A DNA stretch of 64,000 bases from Eledone cirrhosa. Taxonomy: Eukaryota. Every line of letters starts with the position of its first letter. Position 1 is the stretch's first letter. Of the stretch, positions 38,226 through 53,665 are shown piece by piece. The DNA lies in NCBI GenBank assembly GCA_964016885.1, contig OZ024743.1:158410001-158474000 (forward strand), written 5' to 3'. The position numbers were made by a program, and so were the translations under genes. Below the pieces are notes generated by a model. It made no database searches. It was not told the origin of the DNA and saw only the letters and a list, made by a program, of their open reading frames with translations.

Positions 38226-40412
38226 TTAATTTAAGACTAACAAGAACCCTAGTGTCGTAATGAGATAGTGCAGATGTTACAATAAAATACATCTAGCCCA
38301 CTCTGTAAGGTGGTAGTACTGGTGCCATGACAAAATCCACTCAGTCCACCCTGTAAGGTGGTAGCACTGGAGTCACGATAAACTGATTCCAATACATGCC
38401 ATATAAACCAAACTAAAAACACGACACATAAGTAAAACATGGTCACTTGACCATTCTAGCCTTAATATATGATATTCTATCTAACCCATGCAAGCATGAA
38501 AAATAGATATTAAATGGTGATGAAAGCCTAGTTTCTCTAGTGTTAAACATGTTCACATAGGTGGTATCATAGCCAATGAGGGTTATCCGAGGCATGGTTA
38601 TTGCTAGTTGAAAACTAAACTATATAGATAAATTTTCTCCCATACAGGATGTTGGTCCATTGAAGTTTACTTTACTAGACATTTTGCTAACTATTTTCAA
38701 CAGATATTGTATCCCAGAATACATTAACCATTGTGTACTTCCTTTTTTGAAGATGGTAGGGTATGATTTCAAGAAAAGTTTCTGCTCAAAAAGATTTGCT
38801 AGAGGATATCAGCAGTCAATATCTATCATTGTGTATGTATTATAAGTACATTATAAAGACCTGATATATCACTGGCTAGAGAGGAGAACCGTACTATTTT
38901 TTAAAATGGCAGTTTCAGGCCCATGTCTCTTCCACCAACTCTTTTGTTTTTATGTTAATTTTGAAAATTTTATTTGTTTGTTAGTTTATTTTCGCAGAAA
39001 CGTATTCCCCTATGTTTCAAATATAGGAATCCGAAAAATATATATTTTTTAAAATTAATATGGAAACAAAAAATGGATGTAGCGGTTTGAAAAATATGTG
39101 CTTTTTTTGTGAAATCATAATGTCCTCTTTCTGTGCGCGCGCGCTATACAGTTGTAAATTGTCTAATATACATATCAATGAAAACAGCTGTCCATATCCA
39201 GTGTATTTTGGGATGCTAAATATTACTGTAATATTTTTACGTATATAACAAGAGAACGCAGAGCATGTATTGATTTTAAAGTAATGACTCATGCATTGAT
39301 AATTCACCACCTTTAGGGCACTCGACCATTTCAACTGCTTTTATAATGTCACGAAACGAATATTGAAAATAAGAATGTACAAAAATAATAATACATTTTA
39401 AAAAGTGGAATTAACTAGCTTTTTTGTCAGTCACCCAATCAGTCATCACTAAAAGTTCAAATAGCTTCTGCCTCCTTTTCGTTATTTATTTGTTGTCTGC
39501 TCCGTCCAAGCATGGCGTTGACAAGGGAAGGGGTTAGTATGATAATTACTATCCTACAACAACGACAAGAGAAGGAGTTTATATGACCTACAAGAAAACT
39601 TACTGTCATAAAAAGGAAGAACAGACTGAAGACGATAACACATTTCGTTTATCTTTTATCTGTTGTCCGCTCTATACAAACCTGGCGAAGGAATGTATCA
39701 GTACAGAAGGATAATGGCTATCACAACACCCAAGAGACATTTCAGTTAATGCTGTCCCATGACCTTCTAGCAATGAGTTCATGCGGATAAATCTAAACCA
39801 CAAATTGCCGTATTTCTTTTAAAACGTATGTCAGTCACAACCCGGCAACCAAGTAAGATTAAAAGATGATATTGTGAATGCCGTACAAAAATAATCTTTT
39901 AAATTGAAATTAATGAAAATTTTAATTAAATAAGATTATTCTTTTTCTTTTTTCTGTACATCATCTCTTGATTAGAAAATAATTGCTTCCGGCTTTCAGT
40001 ACATCACTCCTTAACCTCCAAATTCATGCCATAGGCACATTATTTCCCCTAACCTTTTTTTTGAAACTAAAGATTATTCGCAATTTTGCATCTGCTGGGG
40101 GAATTTATGATCCCTTATGTGAGTAAAAGACTATGGAATAAAATCACAATTTTGACTATAAAATGAAACTAAAAGGTATTTTCTCTGAAACCGAAAGTTT
40201 ATGGAGATGACCATAGAGTTCTAGGAATGGTGGAGTGCTTCCACTCTATTGTGGATGTTCAGTGCGGCCCTCTGAACAAGATAAGAATTATGCTCTTATC
40301 CAGCAGATTACACGTAGGCAGCAACTGCATGACAGGACTTTTTGCTACATTTCAAATATTTGTGCCAATTTTTATATAAATTTAAACTACTTTACAAAAT
40401 AGTAGTAGTAGT

Positions 40413-40466
<54 letters not shown>

Positions 40467-41767
40467 TTATATTATAAAAGGAAACATGTTTCTGTCTCTC
40501 TGCCTGTCCGTCGCACTTCCTATGTATATATGTGTTTGGATTCTGTATGTGTAGAAAAAATTCAACATATAGTCTATGCAACTTCGTAAAAGGACAAAGA
40601 AACGTGCGTGTATGTTTCTCTATGTCCTTCAACATATAAATAACGTAACAGACTTCAAAAGACTTTCTCGGAAAAAAACTTGTGTCTAATGAATTTTGAT
40701 TGAAAACGCAGCAATGTCAAGTCCAAGTCTGTCATCATAAAAGCGTCAACTGTCTTCGATAGTATGAATAATTCTAATATATGCCCCTCATCTAAATTTA
40801 GAATGTTAATGTGGCGCTTTCATACAAAGCTTTAGACTATTAACGGACATAATTTAATTTTACATTCATTAATATCGATAATAATATATTTGTTTTCATA
40901 TTTTACAAATAAATCATTCGGACTTTACATATACAGATATACCAGGTACCATCATTCAGTTTCAGTTTCATTTTGTTGCCGGTTATATTCATATTCTTCT
41001 GTTAAAATGAGTGATTACTAAAATACCTATGGGGGTAGGGAGGCATCAGCGACCGTCGTAGCAATTTATTTGTGCCTTCTGCTAGGCTTTCTAGTTTTAT
41101 CCCTTCGATAACGAAAATTATATTTTTAACAAAAAGTATTCATCTTGCTGTGGCAAAGTTCATCAAATTTTCTCAACTTTAGAGACATCAGGTTCTCATG
41201 AGAACGGTATTTAATGTCGCTGTGTAAAAACAATGTACTCAGTAAAAATGGTTGTTAGGAAGAGCATCCAGCAATAGAAACCGTGCTAAATATGTAAATT
41301 AAGAAAAGGTCGCTCCAATACATACCAGTATGGAAAGTGGATGTAAAATGAGGGTGGTTAGAATTAAATACCTGTATGTATAACTTTTCAATTCCAATTA
41401 CTTGAGCCAGCCTACTTTGATATGCAACATTTGGGGTTTGGTGTATATTATAAATTTTTTTGTGTATGAGAGGCCCCACAAATCTGAAGTGCCCCGGAGT
41501 CCCGAAGATCTAAATCCGGACCTGCCTATGATCCAAGGGCAAACATTTTCGATCACCACTGGCGTAACAGACTTGTTTGTTGCGATGGTTTACAAGATTT
41601 TTCGGCTAGTCGAAAAATTCCAGTGTTTTTAATGTACCGGCATATGTATTTTTTTTTGCAGTAAAGTGAATTGCGCATATCCATCCTGATATATTGGATA
41701 TACTATGCTTGAAAGCAAGAGGGAAAGGTCATAGGTGAAATGATGTACCTTATTTGATGTACCTTAT

Positions 41768-42493
<726 letters not shown>

Positions 42494-42570
42494 TACACGG
42501 CTCAGAAATAATCTTTCTTCGAGCTATTTCATTGTAAATGATCACCTGAGATTTGAACTCATTATTATTG

Positions 42571-42649
<79 letters not shown>

Positions 42650-42681
42650 TTGGTGCTCTGAAATAGCGATATATATATATA

Positions 42682-43086
42682 AATGTATATATAGTGTATT
42701 TTGCAATACACTGTATGCTTAATTAAAAGCATTTCGAAGACCTTACGCTATTGTTTTAGAGTAGTGACAGTCTCACTTACTTTAAATTTTCAGCAAACAG
42801 GGGAGATAAAGCTGACAGAGCTCTGTTTCGTACTGATTGGTACTTATCAAAGCCAAGTACTCCACCTGTTTGCTGAAAATCATGAATGTTTGATTCTTAT
42901 AGAATTCTACTAATAATCAGGAACTGATTAAGTACCAATCAGTACGAAACAGAGCTCTGACAGCTTTATCTCCCCTGTTTGCTGAAAATTTAAAGTAAGT
43001 GAGACTGTCACTACTCTAAAACAATAGCGTAAGGTCTTCAAAATGTTTTTAATTAAGTGTATTGCAAAATACACTATATATACATT
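42682..43086. mobile_element. Foldback element: ~165-bp inverted arms (42682-42849 / 42925-43086) between (TA)n tracts, each arm carrying a hammerhead-like motif
   Basis: The arms are reverse complements. The left arm on the minus strand reads GGCT-TTGATAA-GTAC-caatca-GTAC-GAAA-CAGAGCTCTG-TC-AGCT. Confidence 0.85.
42810..42854 (-). ncRNA. Type I minimal hammerhead ribozyme-like motif (core variant UUGAUAA, GUC site)
   Basis: Stem I GGCT/AGCT, stem II GTAC/GTAC, GAAA, self-complementary stem III CAGAGCTCTG, GUC triplet. Confidence 0.65.
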
Positions 43087-43105
43087 CATATATATATATA
43101 TATAT

Positions 43106-43163
<58 letters not shown>

Positions 43164-43244
43164 GATAAACAGAAATAAAAACACAATCGGTACAGTATAT
43201 GGAAGGGATATATTAGGTTAACGCTTGATATAGCAGGAAGAGGG

Positions 43245-43280
43245 TCTTAACGTTTCGGACGCTAGTCCTTCATCAGAAGA
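43245..43280 (-). ncRNA. Minimal hammerhead ribozyme motif in a PLE pLTR-like fragment (43160-43330)
   Basis: Reverse complement TCTT-CTGATGA-AGGACTAGCGTCC-GAAAC-GTT-AAGA. Confidence 0.8.
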
Positions 43281-45394
43281 AAGAATGAGAAATAAGATAG
43301 ATTGAGGGGCCGGGCGGGTTGACAGAAAGATAGGATAGAAGAGATAGATATAATACGTGTGTCTGTTAGAAAAAAACATGACGAAACACAATTATTAAAC
43401 AGAAAATAGAATTTAGAAGATAAAAAAACCTCAAAATGTACAAAATTAATTAATATAAATCGAGAATTCTTTCTAGTTTCCACGACATATTTGCAAATAT
43501 TTTTTCTTAATCTTTGCAAGTTTTATTCGGCTTCCTAACAACAACTAATACAGTAAATATAAAAGCAACATGTGCAGCAACGGAACCCCCCACCCCCACC
43601 CCCACCCCCACCCCCACCCACGTAGTTGCTACCTCATCATTGCCATTTTCGGAGACAATGGGAATGGCAATCATCTCGTTCATCCGTCTTAAAGAAATAA
43701 GGGATACTGTGCTTCAAATAAAAATGGTTTGGTCACAAGTGGATCATAGAGTTGCTTAATTAAAGTTGACTTGGGGCTAAACATACAGCCAAGACAATAC
43801 AAAAATACAATAAAACATGAAATGTTTTGTTCTGTGACTAGGCATGGGGGACAAGAGATGTAATTTAGGTCTACATAATTGATTCAAATATTTTGTTCGT
43901 AGTGTTGGTGTGGAATGGTGAACATATCAATGTTCTGATTATGGTTACAGAATTGGTAAAGTGTTACAGTATTTGTTCTGACTTTTTACATTCTGAGTTC
44001 AAATCCCGCCCAAGTCAACTTTGCTTTTCGTCCTTCCGGTAGTCGATTAAATAAAGTACTGTCAAGTTGATTTACTCAAATTTGCCCTTTCTCTAAATTT
44101 GCTGGCTTTCTGCTTAAATTAGAAATCAATATTTTATCTATATTTCAATTGATGATTGGGGATTTGTAGTCAACAGAGCGTCGGACAAAATGCTCCTTGT
44201 TCCATTAATTTTTTGAAAGACCCCATCACCTTGACAAACGATCGCCACTATGATTTGGCTTAGAGCAGTTCTCAAAAGGTGTTGTGAATCAACAGATTTC
44301 CCATGCATTGTTTTATCCCACTAGCCCACTGTTATGACACGGGCTTCTACGTTAACGTTTTCCCGGTATAGTATTGAACATGGCGGTTCGCTCAAGACAA
44401 TCGAATGGTTGGTGGCAAATATGGTTGATGTCATCGTACTGTTGTTACAAAGCAGTATTTTATCAATATTTATTTTATCGAAATTGGTGAGATTATATGC
44501 AAGTTTATATCTGATAACTCTCTCTCAAATTACACTCTATCTTAAATAAATTAGTTCCTGTTATACCTAACGGTGAGATGGTCACGACTGGAATGGTTTT
44601 CATCAAAGGTCTAAGGAGGCGGTTTCTAGAGCTTCGAAGAGAAAGCTTGGCGATATTTGTTCCGGTTCTCTGTGCTCTAGGTTTAAATCCAGCTGACTTC
44701 AATTTTGTCTTTCATCATTTAGGGGTCGATAAATGAAGTACCAGTTAAGTACTAGGGTGAACTAGCTGAATTGCTGGAACATCGCATGAGATGCTCTACC
44801 GTATTTGTTTGGGTTCTTTACCTTCTACGTTCAATATTTGCCTCCTATCACCGACCTCTTCGTGACGAGAAACCTACCCTTCGGGACCTGGTTAACGGTG
44901 ATAGTCTTTCTTGTAATGTCATATAGAGTGATGCATTGGTGGAAGCAATGGAGAAGTTTCACTTTAGGTATATACAATGGTAATCAATAAAATGAAAGTG
45001 AAATTAAGTGAAAGAGAAAACTCCGAGAATAAAATGAAATAGGCAAGTTGTAACGGAGCTTCGGAAAAGATTATATCTTTTTTATTTTTTGGCGGGGGAT
45101 GGAAATGTCCCACTACCCCCCCCCCCCCCTCCCACCCTTGTTTCCATGTTGAGTTAATGTATTATTGAGTAGTAATTGACTGCAAACATTCTGTTGTGAG
45201 GGACAGGTGGGTATCGAAAAACAAAAATTTTGAAATAAATCTATCGGTAATAAGTTTAACAAATAATTTTTTCAGTTTATCGATCTGAAAAACAAAAATT
45301 GAAATGTAAAGAATTGCAACGAAATGACAGGTACCGTTCAGTCTCATTCGTTTTCATTGTATATATTACATACCCACACGCACGCACACACACA

Positions 45395-45528
<134 letters not shown>

Positions 45529-45974
45529 GAGAGAGGGGTGGTGGATTATGTGGAATCAAAGTCAGTGTTGCAGCGTATGTACACAGATTATTGGCATATT
45601 ACACTTGTTTCGATATCGATCAACTCAGGGTACAATCAAATGGCGGGGCCCGACTCTTTTTCGACATTTCACCAGACATGCGAGTATATATGTGCATAGA
45701 CACTATTCTCACTACATCCGCCTTAACTCTGGAGTACAACCCACATGAGTCGGACCTCGTAACAGCATTGAGTGCTTCAAACGACGCGCCGCCTGTAACT
45801 GTAGTTACACATCCAACTAACACACATACACAATGCATACATACATACATATATGTATATATATATATGTGTGAGTGAGATGGCAACATGAATGGATCTG
45901 TTATTTTTCTCTAAAAACATTTTTTTCCGATTCTGCCCTGCCCGTCACTTCAATCTTTCTAATTTCTCATTCTT

Positions 45975-46010
45975 TCTTCTGATGAAGGACTAGCGTCCGA
46001 AACGTTAAGA
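45975..46010 (+). ncRNA. Minimal hammerhead ribozyme motif in a PLE pLTR-like fragment (45930-46100)
   Basis: TCTT-CTGATGA-A-GGAC-tagc-GTCC-GAAAC-GTT-AAGA: canonical core, stem II GGAC/GTCC, palindromic AACGTT stem III. Confidence 0.85.
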
Positions 46011-46123
46011 TCCTCTTCCTGCTATTTCAAGCGTTAACCTAATATATTCCTTCCATATACTGTGCCGATTAATTTGTTATTTCCATTTATCTTTTACACA
46101 CACACACACACACATACACACAC

Positions 46124-46174
<51 letters not shown>

Positions 46175-46849
46175 CCGGGTTTAATCGGGGGTAACTACAG
46201 TAAGGTACTCAATACATAGCAGAGTCTAAATATGATTTCCTTCGAATGAAATAGTTCTTGTCCTGTAGAAGCCATTTCTATATTAAATATTATATTTATT
46301 GATAGTTTGGCGAAATCACAATACTACGAGGTACTTCACACAATATATGGTACTTCAACATCGTGCCACTCATAGTCCTACTCAATGCTAGCTCGGGTTA
46401 ATCAGTCGCAGAGTATATCTCTACGTAATTCGGTAGTGAGGTGGCAAAAATTGAACAAATTCATCAGGCAATTAACAGTGTTTCAAAATGATCAGCGATT
46501 TAACGATCATCAAATTATCCAATAAAGACATCAATATATCCCACAATTTAATTATGGTCATCGCCAAAAATTAATACAGCTAACATAAAACAATTGATAA
46601 TCGGATCAGTCAGTAATCCCCCCCCCCCCACACACCTAAAAAAAATAAAGGTTTATAATTACCCAAACTAATGCCAGCTTCACCAAAAGCCAGACTGTTA
46701 GTCGTAATTACATAAATACGTGTACATTCCTACAGTCAATTGTAACACCCAGAACCGGCAGTGGGTTTTATCCAGAACAATATAAAGAAAAAATATAAGA
46801 CATTTTTCCCGGTATACACCATGCTGGAATCCACTAGCTCTTCTTAGAA

Positions 46850-47086
46850 TTGCGAGGACAAAACAACCATTCTACTGATTGCTACTTTTGCATTACTAAT
46901 GTTGAGGGGTTCAATAAGAAAACTGCAAAGTATATCAAGTATTCTAATTTGCCATCTGCCATAAGACCACAACCATATGAAGTTGAAATTCCTCCTGTGC
47001 CAAACAATCAGCCATTGAGTGGGTCATATGATGTTTCCGATGACGATAATGGATGTGAAGACCAAATGGATGACAAGAATTTTTAA
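46850..47086 (+). mobile_element. DNA transposase remnant, Chapaev3-like
   Basis: RGQNNHSTDCYFCITNVEGFNKKTAKYIKYSNLPSAIRPQP matches the recalled motif WREQxNHxxDCYFC...YPNLPSAIRPVPH. The superfamily assignment is from memory. Confidence 0.6.
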
Positions 47087-48510
47087 ATTCCTTATTCATG
47101 CCTTAAAATAAGTTGAGAACTGGATCATTTTGTTCGAAAGTTGAAACTTTCCAAGAATGTTTTTTTTTTACTTATCATTTATTTCATTAGCCGTGTATAA
47201 AATAAAGCTATAAAAAAATGAGCATAAAAAGTATGATACACTATTTAAAAGAGAACAAGAAGTTCATAGGAATGGAATGAAATGGATCACTATTGAGAAT
47301 GTGCTAATTAGGCCAGTGGGTTGAACAATGCTCCGAGAATTTGGTATCTTAGCCCAAAGAACCAAGGATATCTTGTAGATCAAAATGTTGATGTGATGGA
47401 GCAAAACGGATTTCATATTCATAAAGAACACCCCAAAATAAATTGTCACCTAAATTAGTGTTTGCTAAAAATTAGTGACGTGAAGTGTAATCACACAAGA
47501 AACCCTGTGACATATGGATCGACGAACCTTGTATCAGTGTCGTCGATGAATATGCAGTTGTTCGATTAAGTGAACTGCCTACTCATTGAGTTATAGTGTA
47601 AGAAACTGGGTATTACATTTAATTTGAATAAAATGGTGCCGCTCTTCCATTGATGCTCTAAGCACATGCTTATTATGCTTAATGGTTAATCTAGCCCTGT
47701 GTATGGTCGATCTTCAAATGACAACTTGAGTTGAAAGTAGAAGACACTTGATCAAGCGATCGCGTAGTGAGATCGAGCCCGGGATCAAATGGTTGTGAAG
47801 TGATCTTCTTATTTAGCCATAGCTTCAGTCCATATATACATTATCACAAACTTTGTGCATGCACAATCCTCGCCACACTTATACAAATGACCTCACACAG
47901 TATAAAGAATAAAGTAAACAACAACGCTCCTACATCCATACATTAACTATAATATCACACTTAAATGCTGACGGCACTCTTCAAGTATAAAGGGGCGACA
48001 GTTGCAAGCCCATTCATGAAAGAACAATAAAACCAAAAAGGCGTATTGTAAAAGCATGTGTATGCGTTAAAATATATCTGTATGTTTTGAGAAAAGGAGT
48101 GGGTACTTCATTCATATAATAGAGCCCATTCATAGTATTTTTCTTTGTTAAGCAATTGCACACAGAAACTTACACAGGCACATATAAGCACAGAGAGAGA
48201 GAGACACACACACACGGGACAAAACCGAGTGAGCCAACTATATTAGACCCCTTCTAGATTGTTGAAAATGTAGTAATCGATAAGATCAATATGAAACAAC
48301 AGGCAGCAAAAGCCGAAGGATTATACAAATATACTTCCAGGAAAGAATGATACAAACCGTGAGTCGGCGAGAGATGCAAATGGATGTCTGCATGCCCACA
48401 AGTTTGTATGATAAATGCACAAGATACTAGTGATTTTACATGTGTGCGCAAGCTGTAACTGGTGCTTGCGCGAATGCGCAGATGCAAGTGACGCCTGCAA
48501 TGAACATAAT

Positions 48511-48694
48511 TGTTTCTACTTTTGGCACAAGGCCATCAATTATCCAGTGCATTACTGGTACTTTATTTTATCGACCCCGTAAGGATGAAAGGCAAAGTCA
48601 ACCTCGGCGGGATTTGAACTCAGATCGTAAAGGGACGTAACTATGCTGGAAAGCATGGTGTCTGACCCTCTACCGATACTGCCAATCCACCGCC
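48511..48694 (-). mobile_element. Deu/Nin-like tRNA SINE, full length, 15-bp TSD
   Basis: Nearly identical to 578-763. TSD TGCAATGAACATAAT at 48496-48510 and 48695-48709. Confidence 0.92.
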
Positions 48695-48811
48695 TGCAAT
48701 GAACATAATGTAAGTGGACTTGCAAAATATGTGCATCTGTAGGAAATAAACACGTGCTTTCGTAGAAGTTGCTCAGCGGAAAAGTGAAATGAACAATGGC
48801 ATTAGTATTTA

Positions 48812-48907
<96 letters not shown>

Positions 48908-49449
48908 TTTACTTCTGTACTTTACTTGACGTACTCTAAATGAATACTGAGTATATGTGCGTGGTGTGAGTAAAAACGAAAATTGTAGACTGCAAAAAGC
49001 CTTTTACTGTTCATCTGCATAACCAAGTTGTTACGTTCATTGTGTCTATATTGGTGTCAGTGTACTCGTGTAAGCGCAAAATAAATCAGAATTGAATACA
49101 TGAATAAACCCAACCAAGAGAAAGGAAATAATTGTTGTTGTTGGGTGGTAGACTAGAAAATAGATGTTTAAAACGCAGTTAAAAACCTGAACTGAGTAGA
49201 AATAATTAATTTAAAAGAAAACCAAAAACAATAAATGTTCTATTGCTTAAACTGTCCAAAAACATCCTGTTTGAATAGGAAGCTAGTAATTAAAGTGGTA
49301 ATTTTCTTTATTGTTCTATAGAGGGATGGTAATTCCACATTTATCATAGTTTCAGTCACTGTTGAGATGTCTTGTGTAAGGGATGGAGGTACTGCTGTGT
49401 GATCATTGAGCTAGTCAATGTTCTGCAAGATTAACAGTTGCAGTATCGT

Positions 49450-49805
49450 GCAGGTCGGTTTCTTCGTCACGCAGCCTTCAACGACATCATCTGAAGGAGC
49501 CTTGACCCAGCCGGTTTCCCATCACAACTGGAACTTGCCAGCCTTGATCGTAATGATGGAGAGCGTCCAGACGGAATAGTACTTTTACCGTACGAGAGTG
49601 AGGTATAAATCTCTAATATTGGACACCGTGTACTGTGACACGTTCTCCGCCACCAACCCGTACACTGCTGCCTGTAATGTAGAGAAGCAGTAAATAACCC
49701 AATACTGGGACTTGACTGACCGGTCCCTTTTCAAGGCAGTCGCCGTGGAGACCTCTGGTGCCCTTGGTCCTCAAACTGCCGTTTTCTTCCGCAAAACTCG
49801 GATGA
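49450..49805 (+). mobile_element. Restriction-like endonuclease remnant of a CRE-type non-LTR retrotransposon
   Basis: [46 protein letters not shown] ... DLTDRSLFKAVAVETSGALG (RH..ND, RPDG and ETxG motifs). Confidence 0.75.
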
Positions 49806-51011
49806 GTGGATTCACACCGTTTCCACACTACAAACACCATCTCACACTACCCTTCCGCCATTCCCATATCTACCACTCAGCATTACTTCACTACTTTCAT
49901 TTTCTCCTCGGCAATTTTGTGACTTAGGAATAAGATTTATTGTTCTTTCGTCTGAATGCTCTTCTCCCTCACAGCATAAAACATAACGCTGTTTCAACTA
50001 TTCCTATTACTTTTCACCTTTTTACTAATAAGATGGGATTTGTTCGATAACATTTGGCCTAGGGATAATCAGAAACAAAAGAACTACAGCCCTAAGAGGT
50101 TGCTAACCCTCCTAGAAATAGCAGCAGAAACTCCCATAAATTATGCATCTTAAAATCATAAAAAACGACACATAGCATAATGTAATCCTTGATGCCACGC
50201 GAAACGATGGGATGCTCATGATTGTATCTTCTTTGGTCATATGCCTACTCAGTATTGACTAGAAGATAAAACAACAAGACTAACAATAGAGCATTTTCGA
50301 TTTTATTCTGTCCAAACACTAGGAGACTTCGAAGAATCAAATGAATTGGACCAGAATGTATTAATGATACATTTTATTGTTATTGTACCGGTATAGAATA
50401 ATTAATCCTGGGGAATTACAAAATCTTATCAGTTCAAATCCAATAAGAATCGACAATCATAGTGTTCTGCATTCAAATCCCGCTGAGGTTAGCTTTGCCT
50501 GTCATCCTTACAAGATCGATAAAATAAAATACCAGTCACGCACCGGGGTCGGTTTAATCCCCCCCACCCCCCACCCACCCACCCAAAAAAAAATTGCTGG
50601 CCTTGTGCCTATATCAAAAACATTTATTATACTAAATATTAATATACATTCATATTGCAAGTTAGATTTGCAAAAAAATCATTTGGATTTTGACGAAGGA
50701 TTAGATACCTAAAACCGAAAAACAATTATTCTTTTATATTCATCCACGATTATTTTAATTGCCGAAAATCATGATTACCTTTATTGAATCTGACCATATT
50801 GCAGTTTTTGTAGTTTTGTTCGCGCCAGTCACTAAGTTTGTCATTTTCTCAGACCCATGAAGACAGCTTTTTTAAAAGCGGCATTTACTTACACCCATTA
50901 CTCCATCTTCCCTCGTGGCTTACCTCTGTTTGGTCCGGGCTGCTTATTCGTCCAGCAGGAGCCGATATATATCGCAGCTGACCATCATAGGAGGAGAGGA
51001 AGGGGGAGATG

Positions 51012-51086
51012 AGAAGAAGAAAAAGAAGAAGAAGAAGAAGAAGAAGAAGAAGAAGAAGAAGAAGAAGAAGAAGAAGAAGAAGAAGA
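51012..51086. repeat. (GAA)n microsatellite
   Basis: Direct read. Confidence 0.95.
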
Positions 51087-51728
51087 ATTTTCTTTCAGTT
51101 TCGTTTTATTGTCGACCATTTTAATATACCTAATACGGAAACACCCATATTGTACTACACTAACACGAAATAGTAAGGATATGATTTGGAGGGAGGTTTG
51201 ACACCTACTTACTTCTTTTGCATGCTAAACGACCAGATCACATAGAGGTTTTCTTCCTTCTTCCGATGCTGAGTTCATTGAATTTATTAAACAGCATCCA
51301 GCAATAATATGTAGAAGGAAAGAGGAAAGCAAGTATCTCTTTATCAAGGGTGGTCCGTAACACAGTAGCGGAAGTTTCGGGATGGGGAGGTGCAGTATGT
51401 GTATTTAGTTGAAGGCTTAACTATTATCTTCGTCATCATTATCATTATTACCAGCAGCCCGACCACTAGTAACAGCGAAGAACAAGTAGGTTACGACTAA
51501 TCTTAGTCATCAACAATATATTGTAGAATAATATGCATTCTATTTTAGAAATATATAACAGTATATAACATACTTTTTTGTCGCGGCTAATGCACACAAA
51601 CACACGAGTATTTATGTGTATTTGTGGGTTGGGTGTATATGTATGTTGCGTACATTTGGTAATACGCATACTCACGCACACAGACATTTTATACGTGTCC
51701 GTGTTTGTATATGTATGTGTGAATATGT

Positions 51729-52138
<410 letters not shown>

Positions 52139-52214
52139 CATACTCTGCTCTGTGAGAGCATCGAGTGCTCATACGGCCTACCGCATACGGACGCTTTAAG
52201 CATCCAACACCAAT

Positions 52215-52253
<39 letters not shown>

Positions 52254-52426
52254 ATACATATATATAAATATATATCAGGGACGGTATAACTGGAGGGGGA
52301 GGGGAGCCATGATCCCCCCACCCCAATAGTTATATGTTTTTCCCCAAACTACCAGAACATATCTATTTGTATATTTTCTTACCATTTTAGAGTACAAAGA
52401 ACTAAACTAATAAAAAAAAAACACAA

Positions 52427-52980
52427 TCATAAAATGTCCTTATTAGGCTGGGTGAGTAAACTGCCGATTGAATGGTAGCATCGGCCTTGGATTTTAAATG
52501 TGAAATAACCATAGTCAGTATGATCTTTTTCAACTCCAAAGGACGTCATCTGAAACACAGCAATATGCCGCATAACATTGCTTCTGAAGTGTTTAGCTTC
52601 GTTAGTATGGTCAGTAAGCAGTATATGGATAAAAGCTGGAGGGTCTTCTATCAGTGGAAGTCTGACCTTTCCTCCTAGGCAACACATGCTACCAATCGCG
52701 AATTTAGGATCTTTTCTATAATTCTTCGATGGATCATATGAAAACGCAGCTCTTAGCCAATTTATTCTGCCTTGAAGAGTCGTTTGTGCTGGTCGAGTTT
52801 GCATCGCAACTCTCATTGCCTCTCGGTGATTTTCATATTGAACCTCTGTTTATTGCGATAGTCTTTCTTCTTGCCTTAATCTTTTTGTTTCCTGTCTCAG
52901 ATTCTTTACACTTTCGGAAAGTTGCGATCGTCTTTCTTGTTGTCTTAACCTTTGTTTCCTATCTCATATTCTGAATTAGG
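52427..52980 (-). mobile_element. Helitron RepHel N-terminal remnant
   Basis: AAFSYDP, MCCLGGKVRLP..DPP, HFRSN...FQMTSFG, TFKIQGRCYHSIGSLL. Confidence 0.85.
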
Positions 52981-53603
52981 TCAATAATAACATGACACTA
53001 TCCTCAAAAAGCTAAATTAATATGCACCGTAGATTAATTTCAAATAGTATCAATTTTTTCTGTTCTGTAAAATCAAAGACTGGTGTAAAACAACTTTATA
53101 AAAGCTAACGCAATATTGTTAAACATTCAACTGATACTTTGATCTACAGTTTAAGCCGATTATAGACTTTTGTGGGACCCCCCCCCCTTCTCTCTTTCTC
53201 TCTCTTGCTTCTTCATAAAATCTAATTGATTATATATATAATATTATAACTCATAATTTAGCTAAATATTTTTTTAATCCTGGAATCATATTCCACCATT
53301 CCTACAAACTGTTAATTCTCAACTTTTAAATCCTTTTAAAGTCACGTAAATACAAGCTTTTCTTTCTTTCTCTTTCTTCTTCCTACACATATATCCTAAT
53401 AATTATTTAAATCTACCTAGCGTCTAAAAATAACGTTGTTTTTTTTTCCGCCCTATAACTCAACCTCATTTGCATATTTATCTTAATAATTTGAAATATT
53501 TGATTTTTCCTCTCTTTCCCCCTTTTCCTTTTACTATCCAGGAAAAACTTGAACCGTTAAGATCTCGTTCCTGGATATGTCAATATTTATAAACCAAACT
53601 TGG

Positions 53604-53665
53604 TATTTTATCTGATGAGAGCGTACCAAAGTTTTGGTACCCTTGAAATATATATAATAGAATAA
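53604..53665 (+). ncRNA. Minimal hammerhead motif in the pLTR of a related PLE subfamily
   Basis: TATTTTAT-CTGATGA-GAGCGTACCAAA-gt-TTTGGTACCCTT-GAAA-TATATATA-ATAGAATA. Downstream sequence is shared with the PLE end at 59311-59370. Confidence 0.8.

Noticed and set aside
50915-51124. Poly-Lys ORF
   Set aside because: Translation of a (GAA)n microsatellite.
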